From Bacteroidales bacterium (lineage in GTDB: Bacteria; Bacteroidota; Bacteroidia; Bacteroidales; F082), in NCBI GenBank assembly GCA_016291135.1, contig JAEFAE010000003.1, forward strand, positions 84,516-148,515: a stretch of DNA of 64,000 nucleotides, in the 5' to 3' direction. Of this stretch, positions 16,471 through 23,700 are shown in pieces (within the stretch, counting starts at the first letter, position 1; each line of letters opens with the position of its first letter). Made by a program: the position numbers and the translations under genes. The notes beneath the pieces are model-generated. The model was given only the letters and a program-made list of their open reading frames with translations. It was not told the origin of the DNA and did not search any database.

Positions 16471-17649
16471 ATGAAAAAAATCGCTTTAATACTGATCGCT
16501 TTTCTGCTGCCTGCAATCGCATTTGCGCAGTATGAGGTAACCGTGTCCGACGAGGGCCCGACCGACTATACGCTTTCCATCCCGGGTTACAACGCCAAAA
16601 TCCCGGCAGCCACCATGCATATGCGGTTCGAATATGAACCCGAAACCGAAACGATCCTGATCCGCCTGGGCAGTGGCTCCGCTGCGCCCGACTACGACAA
16701 GATCTGGCTGCCTCAACATGAATTCACCTATAGCGAGATGGGTTCCTACATGAAGAACCGTGGGGTGAAGTTCAGAAAGGCAAGCACCCTGGTCGACCAG
16801 GAGAACTTCCTCAACCTTGAAAGCAGGACCATCGCCGCCTCCATCGATTGCCAAGGCATGACGTTCAACGGCAACTATGACCTGAAGTCCAAAAAGAGGG
16901 TGAAGAAGCAACTCGACTACCAGATGGTGCCGCTTGACGGAAAAATGGAACTGCAGCTCCGCTTCAAGGTGGCTCCGCGTACGAGCCTCATGAAGCTTAC
17001 GTTGCACAACCCCATGCCGATGAACCGTACCGGAAGCAAGGGGACGGTGGCATTTGTGGCCGATGACGTTACCATCAACATCAAGCTCGAACGTTGCGGA
17101 TCGGTGCAGGATCTGGTCCAAACCGCCCGCGAATATGAAGCCATGTTCCGTGTGGCCGAGGCTAAGATCGTGGATGAGCTGAAATACAGCCCCAATACCA
17201 AGAAGGCCTACCGTGACTTCTTCCTCAACATGATCGATGCCGTCGACATGGACCGTTTGGAGACGGCTTCCTGCGAAGAGGTGCGTGACAGCTATGACCA
17301 TATCCAGGACATGCTGAGCAAGATCAAGGGAGACAGCAAGCCCGATAACGGCGGAGGCGGAAAGGGAAACAGTGGAAACAGCGGCAACAGCGGCAACAGC
17401 GGCGCGGTCTCATGCGACGTGAACGCCCTCGATGCGGAAGTGAAATCCACCACCAGCAAGATCAACAACATCATCAACGAGTGGTCGTTGGCCGGCGATG
17501 CCGCTACCAAGAAGGAGAAAAAAGCGGCCTTCGACGCGGTGGTCAAGGCTTTTGATGCCAAGCTGAACAGCCTTCCTGCAGGTTGCAAGGACAAGCTCAA
17601 CGCCAAGCAGCTGAAAAAGTATGAACAAGCCAAGAAACTGATAAAATAA
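16471..17649 (+). CDS. Periplasmic or secreted protein, T6SS-module component of unknown function
   Basis: 392-aa ORF with a Sec signal peptide (MKKIALILIAFLLPAIAFAQ, no lipobox Cys). It has a Gly/Ser/Asn linker and a Lys-rich helical C-terminal domain. It is paralogous to 28931-30082; both share the C-terminal ...KK.AFD.VVK..DAK.N.L...C..KL....LK.YE.AKKLIK. Confidence 0.6.
   Translation: MKKIALILIAFLLPAIAFAQYEVTVSDEGPTDYTLSIPGYNAKIPAATMHMRFEYEPETETILIRLGSGSAAPDYDKIWLPQHEFTYSEMGSYMKNRGVKFRKASTLVDQENFLNLESRTIAASIDCQGMTFNGNYDLKSKKRVKKQLDYQMVPLDGKMELQLRFKVAPRTSLMKLTLHNPMPMNRTGSKGTVAFVADDVTINIKLERCGSVQDLVQTAREYEAMFRVAEAKIVDELKYSPNTKKAYRDFFLNMIDAVDMDRLETASCEEVRDSYDHIQDMLSKIKGDSKPDNGGGGKGNSGNSGNSGNSGAVSCDVNALDAEVKSTTSKINNIINEWSLAGDAATKKEKKAAFDAVVKAFDAKLNSLPAGCKDKLNAKQLKKYEQAKKLIK
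17365..17403 (+). repeat. In-frame 9-nt tandem repeat encoding (GNS)4G
   Basis: GGAAACAGT GGAAACAGC GGCAACAGC GGCAACAGC GGC, inside the linker of the 392-aa periplasmic protein. Confidence 0.85.
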
Positions 17650-17655
17650 TCTGTC

Positions 17656-18432
17656 ATGAACCGACTATTCCGTGGATGTTTTTTGCTGGCGCTGCTGATT
17701 CTGCTGGCTCCGGTACGGCTGTGGGCCCAGGATGAGGAGATGGCCGAATTCGTCAGGGGCGAACTGGACACCTATTATCGGGAGCTGGTCAAGCTCGACA
17801 AGCAGATTGTGACCGCCGAGGATGCGGAGCGGTATGAGACCCGCGTCAAGAACCATCTTAGACTGGTGGAATCGTGCTACAGCGACTACAGCGAAGTCAT
17901 CCGTTACGACAAGAAGCTCTACTCCTTATATGAGAAATACACCGACTATCACCAGGAACTGGAAAGAAGGATGGAATCCCTGAAGGAGGAGCAGGCGCGG
18001 CAAGAGAAATACGACAAGGTCAACACGAAGCTGAACCGTTACATGGTGACCCTTGCCGAGCTCGAAGAGGCCGGAAACCGTTGCGTCGCCAACAAACGCC
18101 TCGACTCGCTCAACATTATCAAGAAGCAGGCCGAGGAATGCTATGTGGACGAAGCCATGGTGGACTATGGCGCCAACCGCGACTTCATCGAAGAGGACGA
18201 GGACCTTGCCTTGTTGTGGAAAAAACTCAAGGAAACCTATGGGCGCATCTCAAACATGCAGATTGTCAAGACGTCGATTGACATGGTCACGATTCTTGAG
18301 ATCGTTGGCATTGTCGCAGCCGTTGTCCTCATCTTTACGATGATCTCCGGTAAGATCAAGGCGGCCAAGCTCACCAAACCGCAAAAAGAGAAGAAACCCA
18401 AGAAACAAGAAGAAGACATCCCTTCAATCTGA
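17656..18432 (+). CDS. Bitopic coiled-coil protein: signal peptide, periplasmic coiled coil, C-terminal TM and Lys-rich tail
   Basis: 258-aa ORF. N-terminal signal is MNRLFRGCFLLALLILLAPVRLWAQ. It has long heptad-like charged segments, the TM helix MVTILEIVGIVAAVVLIFTMISG, and the tail KIKAAKLTKPQKEKKPKKQEEDIPSI. Paralog at 34431-35189. Confidence 0.6.
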   Translation: MNRLFRGCFLLALLILLAPVRLWAQDEEMAEFVRGELDTYYRELVKLDKQIVTAEDAERYETRVKNHLRLVESCYSDYSEVIRYDKKLYSLYEKYTDYHQELERRMESLKEEQARQEKYDKVNTKLNRYMVTLAELEEAGNRCVANKRLDSLNIIKKQAEECYVDEAMVDYGANRDFIEEDEDLALLWKKLKETYGRISNMQIVKTSIDMVTILEIVGIVAAVVLIFTMISGKIKAAKLTKPQKEKKPKKQEEDIPSI

Positions 18433-18437
18433 GTATT

Positions 18438-20018
18438 ATGAAACGAAGAATCATTACCATACTAAGCCTGATTTTGGTGTGCTTCGCGGGTGTTATGGCC
18501 CAGCAGCCGACGGCCACTTTCGACGGCAACAAGCTGAGCATCGTGGTGCCCGAAGGGTATCTGGAGTTGGAGCGCAGCGCGATTGCCAATGCGGCGGTTC
18601 GTGACTGCATCAAATGGGAGGACGAAACCGCTTTCTTCATGTCGCAACCCGAACCTTACCTGCTTTATCCCGAGGGGCTCGCTGCCAACGAACCGCTGCA
18701 AATCGAAGGCAAGTTTAACGGTGAGCCGATCACCCTGCAGGTGGAGATGAAGGAACCCGCCCCGCAAAAGCCCGTCGATCCCGAAGGGGGAGATCCCTCC
18801 AAACGGAACCTGTTCCTGTATGGCGGACTGGGCCTGTTGGTGTTGGTGCTACTGACATTGGTGTTGCTCTTGCTGCGCAAGAAGAAAACCAACAAGGAAC
18901 CGGAGAAACCTTTCGATCCCAGCGTCATCTCGGTCATCACCGACGAATCGGTCCAATACGAACATGGGTTGAAACATGTCAAGGAGCATTTGGCGGACTA
19001 CCTCGTGTTCGACATGGACATGGTCTATGCCGACACGGCAGTCAACAAGGTGTATTTCAGCACCGCCCTCATCAAGAAGCTCTACGATTTCTTCAACAAC
19101 TCGCTGGAAACCGATGGACGCACCAACGAGACGGGCTGCTTCATCTTGGGTTGTTGGGATCGGGAGCCGGGCAATGCCGGCCGCTACGACATCAGCCTTG
19201 AGTACATGGTGGAGCCCGGCGATGACGCCGACTTTGGCGAATACAGCCTGAACTTCGGCAAGAAGATCAGCATCAACATGGCCTCGGTGATTGCCAACCT
19301 GGGCGAGAAGTCGAAACGCGACTATGTGCTCACCTGTTGGATGCACTCGCACCCCGGACTGGGGCTCTTCCTCTCGAACCAGGACCTCATCGTCCAGAAG
19401 CAGCTGACCTATTCCGATCACCGCAACCGCTTGTTGGCGCTCGTCATCGACACCAACACGCCCAAGCTGAAGCTGGGATTCTTCACGGCTCAAGCCCATG
19501 GCGAAATGAACAACAAGGAAGCGGTGAAGCGCTGGTTCTCCTTCGAGGAGATCAACCGTCAGGCCCGCGACATGAACCGAAACCATGCCCCCAAGGAAGA
19601 CCTGCTGTCGGAGTTTGTGGCCGATGCCGATTACTATACCCTCGACCTGAACGATTCCGAGCTTCCTCATCTCGGCCTGGCCGCCCATTGCATCAACCAG
19701 ATCGACAATGCCATCTATTCCTGCAACAAGGGAATTGTGGGTTACTTCTTCGGTGAGGAGGAGAACGGCTATCTCAAGGTGGGTTGCTGCCTGCCGTATG
19801 AGAACGAGGAACGGGTGGGTTGCCTGATCTACGGCGACGACCTCGATCGGGCCAAGTTGGTTGCCTATGCCTCGGACCTTGCCGGATGCCGGTTCTTCCT
19901 CAACTGCACCTCCGACGACAAGGCACACGTATGGTCTCGCAAGGGAGACGCTTTCGAGCCGGTTTGCGACACCACATTGACACAAATGAAAGAATGGATT
20001 AGAAGAAAACGCGTTTAA
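18438..20018 (+). CDS. Membrane-anchored JAB/MPN (JAMM) metallopeptidase, candidate deconjugating or processing enzyme
   Basis: 526-aa ORF with a signal peptide, ~130 aa periplasmic segment and the TM LFLYGGLGLLVLVLLTLVLLLL. The cytoplasmic domain has an upstream Glu (NETGCFILG) and an intact JAMM motif WMHSHPGLGLFLSNQD (H-x-H-x7-S-x2-D, 19344-19385). Confidence 0.75.
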   Translation: MKRRIITILSLILVCFAGVMAQQPTATFDGNKLSIVVPEGYLELERSAIANAAVRDCIKWEDETAFFMSQPEPYLLYPEGLAANEPLQIEGKFNGEPITLQVEMKEPAPQKPVDPEGGDPSKRNLFLYGGLGLLVLVLLTLVLLLLRKKKTNKEPEKPFDPSVISVITDESVQYEHGLKHVKEHLADYLVFDMDMVYADTAVNKVYFSTALIKKLYDFFNNSLETDGRTNETGCFILGCWDREPGNAGRYDISLEYMVEPGDDADFGEYSLNFGKKISINMASVIANLGEKSKRDYVLTCWMHSHPGLGLFLSNQDLIVQKQLTYSDHRNRLLALVIDTNTPKLKLGFFTAQAHGEMNNKEAVKRWFSFEEINRQARDMNRNHAPKEDLLSEFVADADYYTLDLNDSELPHLGLAAHCINQIDNAIYSCNKGIVGYFFGEEENGYLKVGCCLPYENEERVGCLIYGDDLDRAKLVAYASDLAGCRFFLNCTSDDKAHVWSRKGDAFEPVCDTTLTQMKEWIRRKRV

Positions 20019-20027
20019 TTGTTTGAT

Positions 20028-22379
20028 ATGAAACGACTGTCATTATTAACCCTATTACTCATATTTTTGTTCCAGTCCGCCAGGGCACAGGTGGGCATGG
20101 AATTCGGTCCTGTTGAATCCGACAACATGACCCGTTTCGTCGATTTCAAGATGATGAAAGACGGCAACAAAGTGCCTTATTTCGGCCTGACGGCCGACGA
20201 CTGCCGCTGTTTCGAGCTTGTGAACGGCGATACCGTGGTGCTGTATGTGGACAGCCTGGTGGACATCAGCAGCCGCAAGCTGGTCTCCAAGAACCTGACC
20301 ATCGTCATCCTGGCCGACCAGGGCATGATGCTCAGCGATGCCGACTACCTGAAACTGAAGGAAGCCATCGTGTCGTTTGTGGACGCCTTGCCGGAGTACG
20401 TCAAGGTATACATCGCCATGATGGGAACCGACGTCACCGAAACCGAGCGCGTCTATCCCGGCGAAAGCATCCGCTCGTACGTGCGTCGCGACGAGCTGGT
20501 GGAGCAGTCGGACGAGGAGAAGTCGATCTATGCCGCCATCATCTCCAAAATCCAGGAGATTGCCAACCTCGACGAGGACGACTGCTTCTACTCGGATGTG
20601 CCGCACAACCGTGAACTGACGGCCGATACGGAGTCGGACAAGATCCTCTTTGTGCTTTCGGGCGCGGTGGACGAGGATGAGGACGAGGATTTCTATCGCG
20701 ACAAGCTCCTCTTCAACAACCCCGACTATCTGGAGATCCCCGACCAGCTCAAGGCCATCTACTGCATCTATTTCGGCGATGAGCTGGAAGAGGACATGGC
20801 CAATGAGTTCAAGTTCATCTGCCATCGTACCCCCGAAGGCAAGTTCTATCCCCACTATGCGGTCGATTCGTTGAAATACATGCTGTTGGGTGCCATCGAC
20901 TCCATCGCCATGGACTACCGTATGTATTACACAGTGGGAGAGAAGGTGACCTATAACGGCCAACCCTTGGCCCTGTTCCTCGACATCGACCGCGCCAAGG
21001 CCCATGGCGAGAAGAACTATTCGTTCGGCTCCACGCTGGCCCCGATCACCCTGGCTCCTGCCGAGGCAGCTGGTGGCAAGGGCGGGTATTCCGTGCTGCT
21101 GTTCGGACTCCTGCTGGGCATCGCCTTCATCGCCTTGGCCTATCTGGTCATGCAGTATCTCGTGCCCTGGCTCCAATACCAGCTCTTCAAGAAGAAATAC
21201 GTCAAGAAGTTCAGCCCCAACGCCATCCAGAAAGATGGCAAGGATGTGGTGCTGCAACAGTGCTACTATTGCAAGGACGACTTCCAAGAAGGCGACATGA
21301 TCGTCACCAAATGCAAGCATACCGTCCACTGGGAGTGCTGGGAGGAAAACCATGACCGTTGCCCTGAATATGGCCTCAACAGTTGCAAGGAAGGCATCTA
21401 CTTCTATAATCGCAACCACCTGGCCGACCCGCGCAATTCGCCGTATTTCACCTCATGGCTGATCTACGGCCTGGCCGGCGGCCTCATATCCTGGCTGTTG
21501 TTCAAGCTGATACCCACCATCCCGTTCTTCGGAAAGCTGATCACTTGGATCGTCAGCCTGTTCCATGGGGAGAACACCCCGAACGTGGCCCCCGAGTTTG
21601 TCCAGAAGATTGCTCCTCTATTGATGTGCGGCCTGATCCTGGGCTTTGTGATCACTTTCCTGTTCAGCTTCCTGATCGATTTCCGCAGAAAGACCGCGAA
21701 GACCATCTTGCTCATGGTGGCTCGCGCCTTTGGCAACGCCATCATCGGTTTCCTCGCTTTCCTGCTGGGTGCGGTGGTCATCATCGCCTTGGGCAAGTCG
21801 AGCAACTGCTGGTGGATCGACTGGGTGCCGTGGCTCTTCTTTGGCTGTGCCATCCCGTGGCTGCTCTCGTTCAAGACCGACATCAAGTTCAAGGAAGCCT
21901 TCCTGGGTGGCTTGATCTCCGTGGTGTTGAGCTTTGTGGCCGTTTACGGACTGGGTTCCTCGGTGCCGGTGATGGGTTTGTTCGCCTTCATGATCTACGC
22001 GGCCGGTCTGGGTGCCTCGATCGCGGTGGTCCACTATACTTCGGAGAACTACTACCTCCATATCGAAGGCCCGACCAAGGAACGCGACATCGCCATCTAC
22101 AAATGGATGAACGTGGCGGGTGGATCCAACCATGTCACCATCGGCCGCTCGCCAAACTGTGTCATTGAGATGAACTGGGATCCGAGCGAAGAGATCCGCG
22201 ACAAGCAGGTGGAGCTGTACATCGACAACGACCATCCGTACTGCCGCGCCTTGACCGAAGGCACCACCTTCGGCAACGAGCAGCGGGTGCTCAAGGAGGG
22301 TGACTCGATCCTCTTGGTCCATGGCAGCTGTTTCACCGTGGGCAATACGAAATTCACTTATATTGAAAAAGATAAATAA
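20028..22379 (+). CDS. Polytopic membrane protein: periplasmic vWA-like domain, cytoplasmic RING-H2-like zinc finger, 6 further TM helices, C-terminal FHA-like domain (E3 candidate), copy 1
   Basis: 783 aa from the ATG at 20028; the track ORF begins at an upstream TTG. Signal peptide is MKRLSLLTLLLIFLFQSARAQ. The segment LTIVILADQG...KILFVLSGAVDED has a vWA-like pattern without a MIDAS motif. TM1 is YSVLLFGLLLGIAFIALAYLV. Eight metal ligands lie at 21261-21396: C-x2-C-x13-C-x-H-x2-H-x2-C-x7-C-x7-C (CYYCKDDFQEGDMIVTKCKHTVHWECWEENHDRCPEYGLNSC). About six more hydrophobic helices follow. The C-terminus VTIGRSPNCVIEM...LLVHGSCFTVGNTKFTY is FHA-like, with the GR present but no obvious S-x-x-H. Confidence 0.65.
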   Translation: MKRLSLLTLLLIFLFQSARAQVGMEFGPVESDNMTRFVDFKMMKDGNKVPYFGLTADDCRCFELVNGDTVVLYVDSLVDISSRKLVSKNLTIVILADQGMMLSDADYLKLKEAIVSFVDALPEYVKVYIAMMGTDVTETERVYPGESIRSYVRRDELVEQSDEEKSIYAAIISKIQEIANLDEDDCFYSDVPHNRELTADTESDKILFVLSGAVDEDEDEDFYRDKLLFNNPDYLEIPDQLKAIYCIYFGDELEEDMANEFKFICHRTPEGKFYPHYAVDSLKYMLLGAIDSIAMDYRMYYTVGEKVTYNGQPLALFLDIDRAKAHGEKNYSFGSTLAPITLAPAEAAGGKGGYSVLLFGLLLGIAFIALAYLVMQYLVPWLQYQLFKKKYVKKFSPNAIQKDGKDVVLQQCYYCKDDFQEGDMIVTKCKHTVHWECWEENHDRCPEYGLNSCKEGIYFYNRNHLADPRNSPYFTSWLIYGLAGGLISWLLFKLIPTIPFFGKLITWIVSLFHGENTPNVAPEFVQKIAPLLMCGLILGFVITFLFSFLIDFRRKTAKTILLMVARAFGNAIIGFLAFLLGAVVIIALGKSSNCWWIDWVPWLFFGCAIPWLLSFKTDIKFKEAFLGGLISVVLSFVAVYGLGSSVPVMGLFAFMIYAAGLGASIAVVHYTSENYYLHIEGPTKERDIAIYKWMNVAGGSNHVTIGRSPNCVIEMNWDPSEEIRDKQVELYIDNDHPYCRALTEGTTFGNEQRVLKEGDSILLVHGSCFTVGNTKFTYIEKDK

Positions 22380-22396
22380 TTGAAAATCAATATATT

Positions 22397-23692
22397 ATGA
22401 AAAAGTTATTTCTTATCCTAACGATGACGGGCCTCGCCATGACGGCCATGGCCCAGTCCCAACTTTCGACGGTCCGTGGCAAGACCAAGGACGGAAAGAA
22501 CCTCAAGGTCCAGTACTACAAGGGGACGGTCGAAGACGTGATCCAGTCCGTCAGCTACGATTTGGTGGACGAACTTCAGGCCAAGTCCAACAAACTCCAG
22601 GCAGACCTGGATGCGGCCAAAAAGGAGATCAAGAACCTGCAGGCAAGCGGCGGTGGGGCAGACGCTAACGAGTTGAAGAACCTCCGCAAGAAGGTGAAAG
22701 ACTACGAGAAGGAGAATGCCACCCTGACCAAGCAAATCAAAGAATTGAAAAATCAACTGGGCGGAGACGTGGTTGAGCCGTCCTCCGACAACGACCAGGC
22801 CGTGGCCGAAGCCCAGCGTCAGGTCGCCGAAAAGGACAAGGCCATTGCCGAGCTCAATACCGTGTTGGATGCCTGCAATGCCAAGGTCAAGGACATGGAA
22901 CGGCAGATTGGCGAGCTGAAAGGCGCCGTCCGTCCGCCCGCGAGTCCGGTGATCGGCGCCACCTTCGGGATGGGGCCTGCCTTCATCGGCAAGAGCACGC
23001 CGGACTATTGGGCCAAAAACGTGAAGCCGGCCATCTTGTTCGAGGTCTATTACGGCACGGGCAACCTGACCCCGAGCTTCCCGCTTTCGGTGGAGGCTGG
23101 ATTGGGCTTCCGCAACTTCAAGATGTCCGCTACATTGCCTGAATACACCACCGTCATCACGGGTGACGACAACGACGGCGATCCCTTCAAGGCCCACTAC
23201 AGCTTCAACAACCTGGAGGAGCGCTTGGGATTGACCTACCTTGACATTCCGGTGCGTGTGTGTGTGTCGCAACCCCTCAAGGACCGTGTCACGGTCTATG
23301 CCAAGGCGGGCTTGACCCCCTCCATCAAGGTGGGATCCAACTTCAACGGCAGCGGCACCTACAGCCTGTTCGGTTATTATCCGCAATGGGATGTCAACCT
23401 TCAGGACATTGAACCCCTTGGCTTTGGAGAGGACCTCGAGTGCTACGACGGTTTTACGCCTGAAGTGAAGTCCTTCGTCCTTTGGGGCAACCTCGCCTTT
23501 GGGGCCTACGTGCCGTTCAATGGCAGCCCCATCGAGCTGAATGCCGGCGTGAAGTTCGACTTCCCGTTGACTTCGTTCGGAACCGCCGCTACGGGCGACT
23601 TCATCCCGGGTACCCATGCCGCGGTGCTCGGCAACGGAGGCAAGGCCACCATTATGAGTCTGCAACTCGGCGTCGTTTACAACTTGAAATAA
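22397..23692 (+). CDS. Outer-membrane beta-barrel protein with an N-terminal periplasmic coiled coil
   Basis: 431-aa ORF with a signal peptide (MKKLFLILTMTGLAMTAMAQ). About 150 aa are coiled coil (KLQADLDAAKKEIKNLQ...KQIKELKNQL...). The C-terminal half has alternating-hydrophobic strands, including the LTYLDIPVRV motif typical of small Bacteroidota porin-family barrels. Confidence 0.55.
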   Translation: MKKLFLILTMTGLAMTAMAQSQLSTVRGKTKDGKNLKVQYYKGTVEDVIQSVSYDLVDELQAKSNKLQADLDAAKKEIKNLQASGGGADANELKNLRKKVKDYEKENATLTKQIKELKNQLGGDVVEPSSDNDQAVAEAQRQVAEKDKAIAELNTVLDACNAKVKDMERQIGELKGAVRPPASPVIGATFGMGPAFIGKSTPDYWAKNVKPAILFEVYYGTGNLTPSFPLSVEAGLGFRNFKMSATLPEYTTVITGDDNDGDPFKAHYSFNNLEERLGLTYLDIPVRVCVSQPLKDRVTVYAKAGLTPSIKVGSNFNGSGTYSLFGYYPQWDVNLQDIEPLGFGEDLECYDGFTPEVKSFVLWGNLAFGAYVPFNGSPIELNAGVKFDFPLTSFGTAATGDFIPGTHAAVLGNGGKATIMSLQLGVVYNLK

Positions 23693-23700
23693 TTCCGATC

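Noticed and set aside
23482-23700. N-terminal extensions of track ORFs that use upstream or alternative starts. These are 23482 for E1, 41327 for the BadF-type gene, 9364 (GTG) for the Cys-rich gene, 13530 for the orphan ORF, 51471 for DUF3127, 20019 and 35199 (TTG) for the RING/FHA genes, and 57597 for GT2.
   Set aside because: Each extension overlaps the preceding gene or a spacer. Each is followed by an in-frame ATG that starts a canonical N-terminus (a signal peptide or a conserved motif) just after the upstream stop. The shorter starts were used.
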